Part shown: positions 20,484 through 30,497 of the stretch, in pieces
How positions within the stretch are numbered: the first letter of the stretch is position 1
Layout: every line of letters begins with the position of its first letter
Program-made: the position numbers and the translations under genes
NCBI GenBank assembly: GCA_965195345.1
Contig: OZ239628.1
Location: forward strand, 1 to 64,000
Length of the DNA stretch: 64,000 nucleotides
Direction of reading: 5' to 3'
Origin: an uncultured Thiomicrospira sp.
Lineage (GTDB): Bacteria > Pseudomonadota > Gammaproteobacteria > CAKMZV01
Notes under the pieces: generated by a model
Seen by the model: the letters and a program-made list of their open reading frames with translations, nothing else
Told to the model about the DNA's origin: nothing
The model's database searches: none

Positions 20484-20852
20484 TTAAAACGGAAATGCAC
20501 TTTTGGTAAATGCCACTGAGAATATATATATCAGCATCAACCATCCAGCGAGTGCACCAATCAGTACTTGAGAATTGCTCTTAGCCCATTTAAATATGTA
20601 GAAACTTAAAGCCATGTAGAGCACAAGGGCAATGATTTTTGCAATTATCCATGGATTTTCCGATAGAACTCCCGAATAAAAAGCCAACCAAACCCCTAAT
20701 ACCAACAACATCGTGTGAATAATATGAGGTGATATCCGCATCAACTTACTTTGCAATTTTGGCGACTGCCTAAATCGCAAAAAAATGCGCACGGTGAATA
20801 GCAACACTGTTAGAACAGCCAGTGTCATATGTATGTGTTTAATTATAATCAA
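20484..20852 (-). CDS. SirB2 family membrane protein
   Basis: KHIHMT, PHIIHTMLL and WIIAKIIALVLY motifs; TTG start with an AAGGTGG RBS. Confidence 0.85.
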   Translation of the reverse strand: MIIIKHIHMTLAVLTVLLFTVRIFLRFRQSPKLQSKLMRISPHIIHTMLLVLGVWLAFYSGVLSENPWIIAKIIALVLYMALSFYIFKWAKSNSQVLIGALAGWLMLIYIFSVAFTKSAFPF

Positions 20853-20910
20853 AAGTCCACCTTAAATGAGGCTTGGTAAATCTAACAAAAGTCTATTAAA
20901 GTAAAAGCGT

Positions 20911-21243
20911 CTATTGTTCCCATTCAGGAACGGCGTTTATTTGTGCATGCATCTGCTCTAAGGCAGCATCTGCAAAAGCATTTGCTATTGAAAGTTCCTT
21001 ATTGGCTGATAGATAGTCTCCTTTAAGTTTATTTTCTTCAGCTTTTTTCACATGCTCAGACACAAAATTCACACCTTTTGCCATCTTATTTGTCTTCCAA
21101 ACAAAGTTATTCTTTTTCAAAATCTTTAGTTTAGAAGCTATTTCAGCTGTATTAACAGAATACTCAGACTCTGGGGTTTTCCCTATGCTTGAGCAACCCG
21201 CCACAAATACCAAAGAAATAAAAATTAACGCAGCCTTTTTCAT
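20911..21243 (-). CDS. Small helical lipoprotein, SoxK (SoxAX-binding protein)-like
   Basis: Start MKKAALIF at 21243 with a GAGGAT RBS; lipobox VAGC. The family resemblance is by eye only. Confidence 0.6.
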   Translation of the reverse strand: MKKAALIFISLVFVAGCSSIGKTPESEYSVNTAEIASKLKILKKNNFVWKTNKMAKGVNFVSEHVKKAEENKLKGDYLSANKELSIANAFADAALEQMHAQINAVPEWEQ

Positions 21244-21461
21244 AAGATCATCCTCAAATAAAGTTAAATTTTTAAAAATACACGCACCAACATAATGCGA
21301 CTCCCAACCAAGAGGGATTATGCCACTTGGCATCTCATTTCGTTAGATATTTTGACTGATACATCAATATCTATAATAAAATAATACCTCAATGTTTAGC
21401 CTTACATCGTAAGTCAGTGTTGTAGAATGGCGCATCCAAATTAGCTCATTGAGGATAAAAG

Positions 21462-22712
21462 ATGTTTTACAAATCACACAAAATAGCAGATTTTGATTCA
21501 GAAGTTGCCAATGCAATTGCTGCTGAAGCGATGCGTCAAGAGCAACATATTGAACTTATTGCATCTGAAAACTACACATCGCCCCTTGTTTTGGAGGCGC
21601 AAGGCTCCATATTTACAAACAAATACGCTGAAGGATATCCACAGAAAAGATACTACGGTGGCTGTAAGCACGCTGATGAAGTAGAGACGCTCGCCATTGA
21701 TCGTGCCAAAAAACTGTTTGGTGCTGATTTTGCTAATGTACAACCGCACTCTGGTTCTTCAGCAAATGCTGCTGTATATCATGCAATCCTTAATCCTGGA
21801 GATACCGTGCTTGGAATGAGTTTAGCCCACGGAGGGCATTTAACACACGGTGCCTCGGTCAACTTCTCAGGCTATATATACAACGCAGTTTCATACAAAA
21901 CCGATGAAAACGGCTTGCTGGATTATAATGAAATAGAGCATTTGGCTAAAAAACACAAACCCAAAATGATTATCGCTGGATTTTCCGCCTATTCTCGCAT
22001 TATGGACTGGCAAAAATTTCGCGACATTGCAGACTCAATTAACGCAGTTTTATTTGTTGACATGGCTCACGTAGCAGGATTAGTCGCTACTGGACTGTAT
22101 CCGTCGCCTGTGCAAATTGCTGATGTGGTCACTACGACTACGCATAAAACTCTGCGAGGCGCTCGTGGCGGATTGATACTTGCACGAAGCAATGAACTCA
22201 TCGAGAAAAAGATTAATTCGAAAATTTTCCCCGGAACCCAAGGAGGACCTCTTCTACAAGCCATTGCTGGAAAAGCAATTTGTTTCAAAGAAGCCATGTC
22301 TGATTCCTTCAAATCATACCAAAAGCAAGTGCTCAAAAACGCTAAAGTTTTATCAGAAAACCTTATAGGAAAAGGGTACGACATCGTTTCAGGTGGAACG
22401 GATAATCATCTTTTCCTCATGGACCTCACGAAAAAACAATTAACAGGAGTAGAGGTTGATCGTTGGCTGGGAGACAATCGAATTACAGTTAATAAAAATA
22501 GTGTCCCGAACGACCCTCAATCACCTTTTGTAACCAGTGGAATCCGAATTGGGACTCCTGCTATCACTACTCGTGGGTTTAATGAAGACGACTGTTCTAA
22601 TCTTGCAGATTGGATACATGCTGTGATTGAATGTAAAGGCTCCCGTTCGGATTTGGAATCTGTTCACCAAGCAATCGAAGAGACATGCGCTCGATTACCC
22701 GTGTACAAATAG
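21462..22712 (+). CDS. glyA: Serine hydroxymethyltransferase
   Basis: [14 protein letters not shown] and [10 protein letters not shown] motifs. Confidence 0.99.
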   Translation: MFYKSHKIADFDSEVANAIAAEAMRQEQHIELIASENYTSPLVLEAQGSIFTNKYAEGYPQKRYYGGCKHADEVETLAIDRAKKLFGADFANVQPHSGSSANAAVYHAILNPGDTVLGMSLAHGGHLTHGASVNFSGYIYNAVSYKTDENGLLDYNEIEHLAKKHKPKMIIAGFSAYSRIMDWQKFRDIADSINAVLFVDMAHVAGLVATGLYPSPVQIADVVTTTTHKTLRGARGGLILARSNELIEKKINSKIFPGTQGGPLLQAIAGKAICFKEAMSDSFKSYQKQVLKNAKVLSENLIGKGYDIVSGGTDNHLFLMDLTKKQLTGVEVDRWLGDNRITVNKNSVPNDPQSPFVTSGIRIGTPAITTRGFNEDDCSNLADWIHAVIECKGSRSDLESVHQAIEETCARLPVYK

Positions 22713-22809
22713 ATCCGGTATGATTGAGTTGAATAATATGTCTTTATATCCTAAAGCGACTGGACAAAAACATATTATTAAATAATAGTATCTCACCCGT
22801 TATCTCACA

Positions 22810-23256
22810 ATGCGTTGTCCTAATTGCCACTCTAGCGACTCAAAGGTTATAGATACACGAGCGCTGGAAGACGAACACGAAACACGGCGCAGACGTATTT
22901 GTACTCTATGCAGCCATCGTTTCACCACGCGTGAGCGAATTGAAAGGGTTCTACCACGCATCATCAAAAAGAATGACGAACGCGAATCATTTAATCAAGA
23001 AAAACTGCAACGTGGTTTAGGGCTTGCGCTAGAAAAACGTCCAGTAAGCACAGACGATCTCAATAAAATAATTACACGCGTAGTTCAAAAAATTATTCAA
23101 TCTGGAGAGTCCGAATTTCCTTCTAGGGTAATTGGTGAAATAGTAATGGAAGAATTACGTCAAATTGATACTGTAGCCTATGTGCGATTTGCTTCCGTTT
23201 ATAAGCGTTTCCAATCCATTGAAGACTTTCAAAAAGCATTGAACGATCTTGAATAG
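22810..23256 (+). CDS. nrdR: Transcriptional repressor NrdR
   Basis: MRCPNC...RRRRICTLC zinc ribbon, ATP cone and VAYVRFASVY. Confidence 0.98.
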   Translation: MRCPNCHSSDSKVIDTRALEDEHETRRRRICTLCSHRFTTRERIERVLPRIIKKNDERESFNQEKLQRGLGLALEKRPVSTDDLNKIITRVVQKIIQSGESEFPSRVIGEIVMEELRQIDTVAYVRFASVYKRFQSIEDFQKALNDLE

Positions 23257-23269
23257 CCTTGGATGAATT

Positions 23270-24394
23270 TTGGACAAATTACAAATAAACTCCTTGCATA
23301 ATTATTGGCTTAAAAAGGCCATTAAAGTAGCCGAGAAAGGAATTTACACAACAACGCCAAATCCAAGGGTAGGCTGTATTCTTGTGAAAGACGGCAGACT
23401 CATTGGTCAGGGCTGGCATATTCGTGCTGGGGAAAATCATGCAGAAATCAATGCACTAAATAATGCACATGAGAATAACGAATCGCCTGCAGGATCCACT
23501 GCATACATATCACTTGAACCTTGTTCGCACACTGGCAAAACCCTACCCTGCGTAGATTCTCTGATTAAAGCACAAATTAAGGAAGTCGTTATTGCTGACA
23601 TCGATCCAAATCCAGCGGTAAAGGGGAATGGTGTAGAAAAGTTAAAAGATGCCTCTATAAACGTTATCCATTCCAATGAATGTTCTGCTGTTCATATAAA
23701 TCCCGGATATTTCAAAAGACACCGCATTGGAAAACCATGGGTGAGGCTAAAGTTAGCCACCAGCATGGATGGAAGAATTGCCTGCCTTAATGGGAATAGC
23801 AAATGGATAACTTGCACCGAATCAAGACAAAACGGGCACCTGCTTCGTTTGCGATCAGATGCTGTCATTACTGGAGTAAATACGATCATCAAGGACGATC
23901 CTCAATTGAACGTCCGCTTGGAAAGAAAACAATTAGAAAGCATCGGTTTTAAGTCAATACCTAGCCATTTACAGCCTCTTCGCATTGTAATGGATTCAAA
24001 TGGAAGAACCCCGAAAAGCGCTCGTATTCTAAATGACAACCAACCAACCCTCATTGCAACTACTCAGAAGCAAAATATGGATGTCGAGCAATTTATTGGG
24101 GGAAATAATGATCAGAAAGTAGATATTCAAAAATTGTTAGAGCATATAGCAACAAAGTGCTGCAATGAGGTGCTTGTCGAAGCGGGAGCAACATTAAGTG
24201 GTTCTTTTATTGAACAAAATCAAGTCGATGAAATAATCCTATACATCGCCCCTTCTTTTATTGGACACCTTGCAATGCCGTTACTCAAACTTCCTATCAT
24301 AGAAAATATTGAGCGCCGATGGCAATTTTCTATAACGGACAGCCAAATACTAGGTTCTGATTTAAAAATCACACTAGCTAATCAAGCTATTTAA
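23270..24394 (+). CDS. ribD: Riboflavin biosynthesis deaminase/reductase RibD
   Basis: PNPRVGC, HAE, LEPCSHTGKTLPC, SKWIT and VEAG motifs. Confidence 0.97.
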   Translation: MDKLQINSLHNYWLKKAIKVAEKGIYTTTPNPRVGCILVKDGRLIGQGWHIRAGENHAEINALNNAHENNESPAGSTAYISLEPCSHTGKTLPCVDSLIKAQIKEVVIADIDPNPAVKGNGVEKLKDASINVIHSNECSAVHINPGYFKRHRIGKPWVRLKLATSMDGRIACLNGNSKWITCTESRQNGHLLRLRSDAVITGVNTIIKDDPQLNVRLERKQLESIGFKSIPSHLQPLRIVMDSNGRTPKSARILNDNQPTLIATTQKQNMDVEQFIGGNNDQKVDIQKLLEHIATKCCNEVLVEAGATLSGSFIEQNQVDEIILYIAPSFIGHLAMPLLKLPIIENIERRWQFSITDSQILGSDLKITLANQAI

Positions 24395-24926
24395 AACTCT
24401 TCACCCGAGAAGAACCATCATATTGTTGGTCTTTCTTAACGAAGCTGTCAATAATTAGCAACATGACACCAATCAAAATTGATGCATCCGCTATATTAAA
24501 AGCTGGCCAGTGGTACCCTAAAAGATGGAAATCAAGAAAGTCCACAACATAGCCCAATATCAATCGATCAGTCATGTTACCCAATGCACCAGCTAAAACA
24601 AACGCCACGCCGTAGCAAAAAAACAGATTTTTATGCCAAGGTCTACGCCAAAGCCATACCAACAAAACGAGCGATACGCCCGCCGCTAAAATTGAAAAGA
24701 ACCACCGCTGCCACCCCCCCGCATCACTCAAAAAACTAAACGCAGCGCCTTCATTATGTATTAGATAAATATTAAAAAAGCTCAGTACTGGATATTGTTG
24801 AGCGTATGAAAAAAGAAAGGAAATACACGCCTTACTTACCTGATCAAGAGTAAAGATAAAAAGAACCAAAGGAAGAAAAATAATACCTCTTTGGGTGAAA
24901 CTCATATTCGATTTTTTTTCAAGCAT
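24387..24926 (-). CDS. lspA: Signal peptidase II
   Basis: NEGAAFS, GALGNMTDR, VVDF and WPAFNIAD motifs. Start is 24926 (overlapping the ileS stop) or 24905. Confidence 0.96.
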   Translation of the reverse strand: MLEKKSNMSFTQRGIIFLPLVLFIFTLDQVSKACISFLFSYAQQYPVLSFFNIYLIHNEGAAFSFLSDAGGWQRWFFSILAAGVSLVLLVWLWRRPWHKNLFFCYGVAFVLAGALGNMTDRLILGYVVDFLDFHLLGYHWPAFNIADASILIGVMLLIIDSFVKKDQQYDGSSRVKSFK

Positions 24927-27729
24927 ATATGCGTTTTTCACCTTCACCGTTAATATTAATAATTGAGCGTGCATCTAAATCTGGATATTCTGGATGACTG
25001 CCAACATCTTCTCGGCGATGCCAAGACCGAGCACACTTCTCATGCTTGCACGCATAACAATGAATTTTCAATCCATCCAGATTACTTTCTAAAGCTTGCT
25101 CGGGCGCTTGATCAATGGGATAAATTCGAGCGTACGACGTTATAAGAACAAACCGCAATTCATCTTCCAATGCCGATAGCAACTGCATCAGAGTGTGATC
25201 AACATACAAATCGACCTCTGCATCTAAAGAACTGCCAATTTCAGCATTCTTGCGTGCTATTTCGAGGTGCTTACTCACTTCATCTCTAACATTACTAACC
25301 TGATTCCAATAGTCACGATTATAGAAAACATTCTCTGGAATCTTTTCCAATTTTTGATACCATTCTGCCAATAATACTGACTGAGAACGATCACCTGGTA
25401 TGTAGTGCCATAACTCATCCGCTGTGAAACTTAAAATAGGAGCAATCCAGCGGCTTAGCGCTTCAATAATGTGATACAGAGCCGTCTGAGCCGAACGCCT
25501 TGCAACGCCATCAGCCTTTACTGTATATAAACGATCTTTAATGATATCCAAATAAAAAGAACCCATATCGATAGAACAAAAATGATGGATTTCCTGATAA
25601 ACCAAATGAAAGCGATACTCTGAAAACGCCTCTTGAATTGTCTCTTGTACTTGAAAGGCTCGATCAAGTGCCCATCGATCGAGCCACACCATGTTCTGCG
25701 TCTCAACAATATTCTTCTCAGGATCAAAGTCATACAAATTACTAAGCATAAACCGTGCGGTATTTCGAATACGCCTATATGCTTCTGCTGTATGCTTAAC
25801 GATTCCATCAGAGACAGACATCTCATTTCGATAGTCAGAAGAAGCAACCCACAATCTTAAAACATCTGCACCGTACGTGTCACAAATTTTTTGCGGAGCA
25901 ATAACATTTCCAAGCGATTTAGACATTTTCCGACCATTCTCATCCACCGTAAAACCATGCGTTAATAAGCATTTATATGCCGGTCTTCCATACATACCTA
26001 ACGATGTTAACAATGATGATTGAAACCAACCTCGATGTTGATCTGAACCTTCTAAATATAAATCTGCTGGGATTGTGACATCTTCACGTACAGTACCTAC
26101 AGCGTAGTGGCTTGTTCCTGAATCATACCAAACATCTAAGATATCTTTTGTTTGTTCGTAGTCATTAGCATCATCTTCAAGCCAATCTTCGGGGCTGCTA
26201 TCGAACCAAACATCAACACCCTCCTCACCAATTCGATCGGCGATCTTTTCAAGTAATTTTTTAGTATTAGGATGCAGCTCACCGCTTTCCTTATGCGTAA
26301 ATAATGGAATAGGCACACCCCAGTATCGTTGCCTAGAAATACACCAATCAGGTCTGTTTTCAATCATTCCCAACAGCCGTCCCTTGCCCCAATCGGGAAC
26401 AAACTTTATGCTATCAAGCGCTTTCACAGCCAAAGGTCGTAATTTGTCCATACTGATGAACCACTGCGACGTTGCCCTAAACAAAAGAGGCGTTTTTGTT
26501 CGCCAACAATGTGGATAGCTGTGCGTGATTTTGGCACTTGCCAATAATCGACCATGCTCACGGAGTAAATCAATGATGAACGTTTCTGCCTTATGTATAA
26601 ATTGCCCACCAACCAATTCCACATGCTTATAGAAAACGCCATTTTCATCAACAGGACACGTAGCATCCAATTGGTACTCAACACCTACGTTAAAATCATC
26701 TGGCCCATGCGCTGGAGCAGTGTGTACACAGCCTGTGCCGCTATCCATGGTGACATGCTTTCCTAAAACGATGGGAACTTGTCGCTCATAAAAAGGATGT
26801 TTTAACAACACGCCTTCTAATTTTTCCCCACTAAATAAAGAGAGCTCTTCCCATTCTCCCTGTTGCCACCCATAACGCGCAACGCAGTCCTCAACGAGTT
26901 CCTTCCCCAAAATAAATAACTTCCCTTGGCACTGCACCAATGCGTATTCAAGCTCGGCATTCAAACACACCGCCTGATTTGCTGGAAGTGTCCACGGCGT
27001 GGTTGTCCAAATTGCCACTTCAACGGGCTTATCGATTTTAATATCTAAACGTTTTGACAACTCTGCTGTATTTTCTACAAGAAATATAACATCTATAGCA
27101 TTAGACTCTTTATCTTCATATTCAACTTCCGCTTCCGCTAACGCAGAAGCACAGCCGTAACTCCAAAAAACCGACTTAAAGCCCCTTGCAACGTGTCCAT
27201 GATCAATCAATTGAGCAAGTGCGCGCACCTCTGCAGCTTCGTACTCAAAACGTTTCGTCAAATAAGGATTTTCCCAATCACCTACGACCCCCAAACGAAT
27301 AAAATCTTTTTTCTGCCTTTCTATTTGTTTATCCGCATATTCTCGACACTTTTGCCTGAATGCCCTCGCATCTAATTTAGTGCCAATCTTGCCAAACTTT
27401 GTCTCTATTTTCCATTCAATTGGCAACCCATGACAGTCCCATCCTGGGACATAGGGGGCGTCAAATCCACTCAAAGAACGAGATTTAATAATCATGTCTT
27501 TAATGATTTTATTAACCGCATGACCGATATGAATATCACCATTGGCATAAGGAGGTCCATCGTGCAATGTAAAACGTTTGCATCCTTTTCTTTGCTCACG
27601 TAATTGCTGATAAAGATTGTTATTAAGCCACCCTTCAATCTGGCTTGGCTCTCTTTGAGCCAAGTTGGCTTTCATAGGAAAAGCAGTCTGAGGAAGATTT
27701 AGTGTGTTTTGATATTGATTTTTTTTCAT
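24919..27729 (-). CDS. ileS: Isoleucine--tRNA ligase (type 1)
   Basis: DGPPYANG, HIGH, WDCHGLP, EGSDQHRGWF and KMSKS motifs. Confidence 0.99.
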   Translation of the reverse strand: MKKNQYQNTLNLPQTAFPMKANLAQREPSQIEGWLNNNLYQQLREQRKGCKRFTLHDGPPYANGDIHIGHAVNKIIKDMIIKSRSLSGFDAPYVPGWDCHGLPIEWKIETKFGKIGTKLDARAFRQKCREYADKQIERQKKDFIRLGVVGDWENPYLTKRFEYEAAEVRALAQLIDHGHVARGFKSVFWSYGCASALAEAEVEYEDKESNAIDVIFLVENTAELSKRLDIKIDKPVEVAIWTTTPWTLPANQAVCLNAELEYALVQCQGKLFILGKELVEDCVARYGWQQGEWEELSLFSGEKLEGVLLKHPFYERQVPIVLGKHVTMDSGTGCVHTAPAHGPDDFNVGVEYQLDATCPVDENGVFYKHVELVGGQFIHKAETFIIDLLREHGRLLASAKITHSYPHCWRTKTPLLFRATSQWFISMDKLRPLAVKALDSIKFVPDWGKGRLLGMIENRPDWCISRQRYWGVPIPLFTHKESGELHPNTKKLLEKIADRIGEEGVDVWFDSSPEDWLEDDANDYEQTKDILDVWYDSGTSHYAVGTVREDVTIPADLYLEGSDQHRGWFQSSLLTSLGMYGRPAYKCLLTHGFTVDENGRKMSKSLGNVIAPQKICDTYGADVLRLWVASSDYRNEMSVSDGIVKHTAEAYRRIRNTARFMLSNLYDFDPEKNIVETQNMVWLDRWALDRAFQVQETIQEAFSEYRFHLVYQEIHHFCSIDMGSFYLDIIKDRLYTVKADGVARRSAQTALYHIIEALSRWIAPILSFTADELWHYIPGDRSQSVLLAEWYQKLEKIPENVFYNRDYWNQVSNVRDEVSKHLEIARKNAEIGSSLDAEVDLYVDHTLMQLLSALEDELRFVLITSYARIYPIDQAPEQALESNLDGLKIHCYACKHEKCARSWHRREDVGSHPEYPDLDARSIININGEGEKRIYA

Positions 27730-27748
27730 TATTCTTGATTAAAATTAA

Positions 27749-27825
27749 TGGCGCGCTCGGAAGGATTCGAACCTTCGACCCACAGCTTAGAAGGCTGTTG
27801 CTCTATCCAGCTGAGCTACGAGCGC
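27749..27825 (-). tRNA. tRNA-Arg(TCT)
   Basis: GCGCTCGTAGCTCAGCTGGATAGAGCAACAGCCTTCTAAGCTGTGGGTCGAAGGTTCGAATCCTTCCGAGCGCGCCA; 77 nt, cloverleaf, encoded CCA. Confidence 0.97.
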
Positions 27826-28097
27826 GCTTAGAAAGAGGACAGGATTACTCTTTAAAGTTTGTTACACGTCCTTATCGTGACGCGCATTTTATACTTTTTG
27901 ACAATTTTTCGTTGTTTTAAACGATCACCATTTAACAGATTTTTTAAAAAAAACCTTACTCTCTCAATATAATCCTAAAATTGTATTGTTAAATAGGGGA
28001 TATTTAAATGATGAGGATCAAACAAAATATCTGCTCTGCCAAGTAAATTAACTGTTAGAATTCAAGGAAATTTTAACCCTAACAGGAAAAACCAACA

Positions 28098-29657
28098 ATG
28101 AAATTTAAAAAAATATTTTTAATGGCGCTTGCTAGCAGCCTTGCTTTGATTATTACCGGTTGCGGAAGCAGTAGCGACGGAGACGGAGACGGCGGCAACA
28201 CAAACACATCCACATCTGCAATCAATTGCCCCGCAACAGTTGGCGGTCTTGCTGTAACCGAAACCTCAGCTGGAACTATGTCAAACGGAGCAGTTACGAC
28301 TAGAGCATCTTGTTCAATTGCTGCAGGCAGCCTAACGGCTAACGCTACACTTGATAACACGCGCAACTGGGCATTGTCAGGAATGTTACAAGCTACTGGA
28401 GGTTACTCTTTGACGATAGCAGCTGGAACCAATATCACTGCAGGAACAGGTGCTTACATCTTTATTAACACAAACGGTACGATTCAATCAAATGGCACTG
28501 GTGCAAATCCAGTACGTATGTCATCCTCAGATGCAGATTTTAATGGTTCCGGCGAATGGGGCGGATTATTTATCCGTTCAACAGGCACTAACCTATTGGA
28601 TTACACTGTAGTTGCCGAAGGTGGCGAAGCAACTGCTGTCGCTGGCACAACATATACGGATAATATTGTTATCAATGGTGCGACTTCACAAACTCGATTA
28701 ACTTTTGTTCAATCGCATGACTCTGCACGTGATGGTATTCGCTTGCAAAATACGAGTGCCCGTCTAAGTTGGATTCTGGTAACGGGAGCTACACGTGATG
28801 GAATCTGGTATCGTGATTTCAATGGACTTGTTAAGGATTATTTATCAATACATAGGGCTACTTCTGGGCGTGCCGGAATTTACGCCAGCAGATCTTCTAT
28901 TGTGACGACATCCAACCCAAGATTTGTGAACGTTACGTTGATGGGACGAGATGACACATCGGTTCCTATTACTACAAGTGATACTAACGAATTTGGTATT
29001 CTATTTGCTGACTTCACCAATCAAGGTCGATTTGCTAATATTCTCATTGCCAATTATCGTAATGGTTGTATAGCAACTAGTGAGGGAGCTGACCTCTCGG
29101 GATTCTCCACAAACACTGGCAGTTATTTTGACGGCATTCATTGCGCCAATGAAGCAGGAGCTAATGGCAGTTTCCAAGTAAACCGTACAGGTACGACCGG
29201 TCTTCCAACAGGTGTTGTAGCAGCTAACAACTCCAACGGAGATGGATTGAACTACTACAATGGAGCAGCTAATCCTATAAACTTTACTGGTGAAACATCG
29301 ACAAGAAACTTCACTGCTGCATGGTATTTATCGGGCATAGGCAATAGTAGCCCTAGCAATAGGGCTAGCAATGGTGCCATAACCACAGATACCAACAGTT
29401 TTGATAGTTCAGATGGTCCACTAAATCGTTTCCGCGGTGGTGATACCAATAACAATGGTACTCTTGAAGCTGCAGATAATGGTGCTACGCCATTTCTTGG
29501 AAACACCGCCAACCCATTCTTTGCTGATGTGGCTAGCGACACAGGTGGATATGACTTAACGCATATTGGCGCATCTCGTTCAGGGAGCGACGCCTCAGCT
29601 GCACAGTTTAATGGCTGGACTGTCCAAACAGGAACTGGAGAAGGGTTTACCCCGTAG
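28098..29657 (+). CDS. Secreted lipoprotein, probable parallel beta-helix (ElpS-like family)
   Basis: Lipobox ITGC, G/S/D linker, LTIAAGT...GTGANPVRMSS...GEWGGL, FVQSH, SNPRFVNVTL and C-terminal GWTV; T/G/N/S/A-rich. Confidence 0.75.
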   Translation: MKFKKIFLMALASSLALIITGCGSSSDGDGDGGNTNTSTSAINCPATVGGLAVTETSAGTMSNGAVTTRASCSIAAGSLTANATLDNTRNWALSGMLQATGGYSLTIAAGTNITAGTGAYIFINTNGTIQSNGTGANPVRMSSSDADFNGSGEWGGLFIRSTGTNLLDYTVVAEGGEATAVAGTTYTDNIVINGATSQTRLTFVQSHDSARDGIRLQNTSARLSWILVTGATRDGIWYRDFNGLVKDYLSIHRATSGRAGIYASRSSIVTTSNPRFVNVTLMGRDDTSVPITTSDTNEFGILFADFTNQGRFANILIANYRNGCIATSEGADLSGFSTNTGSYFDGIHCANEAGANGSFQVNRTGTTGLPTGVVAANNSNGDGLNYYNGAANPINFTGETSTRNFTAAWYLSGIGNSSPSNRASNGAITTDTNSFDSSDGPLNRFRGGDTNNNGTLEAADNGATPFLGNTANPFFADVASDTGGYDLTHIGASRSGSDASAAQFNGWTVQTGTGEGFTP

Positions 29658-29693
29658 AGTCGTAGTACTTAAAATATATAACATCTAAAATTC

Positions 29694-29725
29694 AAGAACA
29701 GCGACTTTTGTCGCTGTTCTTTTTT
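29694..29725 (+). terminator. Rho-independent terminator
   Basis: AAGAACAGCGAC-TTTT-GTCGCTGTTCTT followed by a T run. Confidence 0.9.
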
Positions 29726-29905
29726 GGTGAAGAAGGAAAGTAAAAATTGCATACTATTAGCAGACAGTCTTATTCTTTCCATTTTTTTCGCAAAATCAAC
29801 TTCCAAAATGATACAATCGCGCCCCTATTTCTCCTGATAAAAATTCTAAAAATTTAGATAGAATTCGACTTTTAAAAGTTTAAATTTAATACACAGATTA
29901 AGAAC

Positions 29906-30487
29906 ATGAATGAAAAAGCTAATATGAAGCGCCGTCACTTCCTTACTGCCTCAACTTCGGTTATTGGTGGATTTGGAGTGGCTGCCGCTTGTTACCCCTT
30001 TTTGAGCGCATGGAAGCCCAGCGTTCGAGCCGAGGCTTCCGGCGCCCCTGTTGAAGTGAATATTTCAAAGTTACAACCTGGTCAATTGATGACCGTTGAA
30101 TGGCGCGGTAAGCCTGTGTGGATACTGCATCGCAGTCAAAAGGAATTAGATACACTCAGTCAAGTTACCAATTTATTATCCGACCCTTTGAGCGAAAAAA
30201 GCCAACAACCAACCTTTGCACATAACCCACAACGTTCTTTAAAGCCTGAGTATCTGGTTTTAGTTGGCATTTGTACACATTTTGGTTGTTCCCCTCTCTA
30301 TCGACCAAACGCAGGGGCAGATAACTTAGGAGAAGACTGGAAAGGAGGATTCTTCTGTCCATGCCACGGATCAACATTTGATATTTCGGGTCGCGTTTAT
30401 AAAAACGTTCCTGCCCCAGACAATCTTCCCGTACCACCCTATCACTATATAGATGATAACAATATACTGATTGGCGTACTAGCTTAA
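29906..30487 (+). CDS. petA: Ubiquinol-cytochrome c reductase Rieske subunit
   Basis: Tat motif KRRHFL; CTHFGC and CPCHGS. Confidence 0.98.
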   Translation: MNEKANMKRRHFLTASTSVIGGFGVAAACYPFLSAWKPSVRAEASGAPVEVNISKLQPGQLMTVEWRGKPVWILHRSQKELDTLSQVTNLLSDPLSEKSQQPTFAHNPQRSLKPEYLVLVGICTHFGCSPLYRPNAGADNLGEDWKGGFFCPCHGSTFDISGRVYKNVPAPDNLPVPPYHYIDDNNILIGVLA

Positions 30488-30497
30488 GGAGCACTCA

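Noticed and set aside
21244-21461. ZTP or glycine riboswitch, or an FNR site, before glyA
   Set aside because: No consensus aptamer; TTGAC-N6-ATCAA has the wrong spacing for FNR.
27900-28097. Pho box upstream of the ElpS-like lipoprotein
   Set aside because: CTGCCA and CTGTTA half-sites are 16 nt apart rather than 11.
27749-29725. Genomic island at tRNA-Arg or tRNA-Lys
   Set aside because: No integrase, no duplicated tRNA 3' end seen, and the lipoprotein lies on the 5' side of tRNA-Arg.
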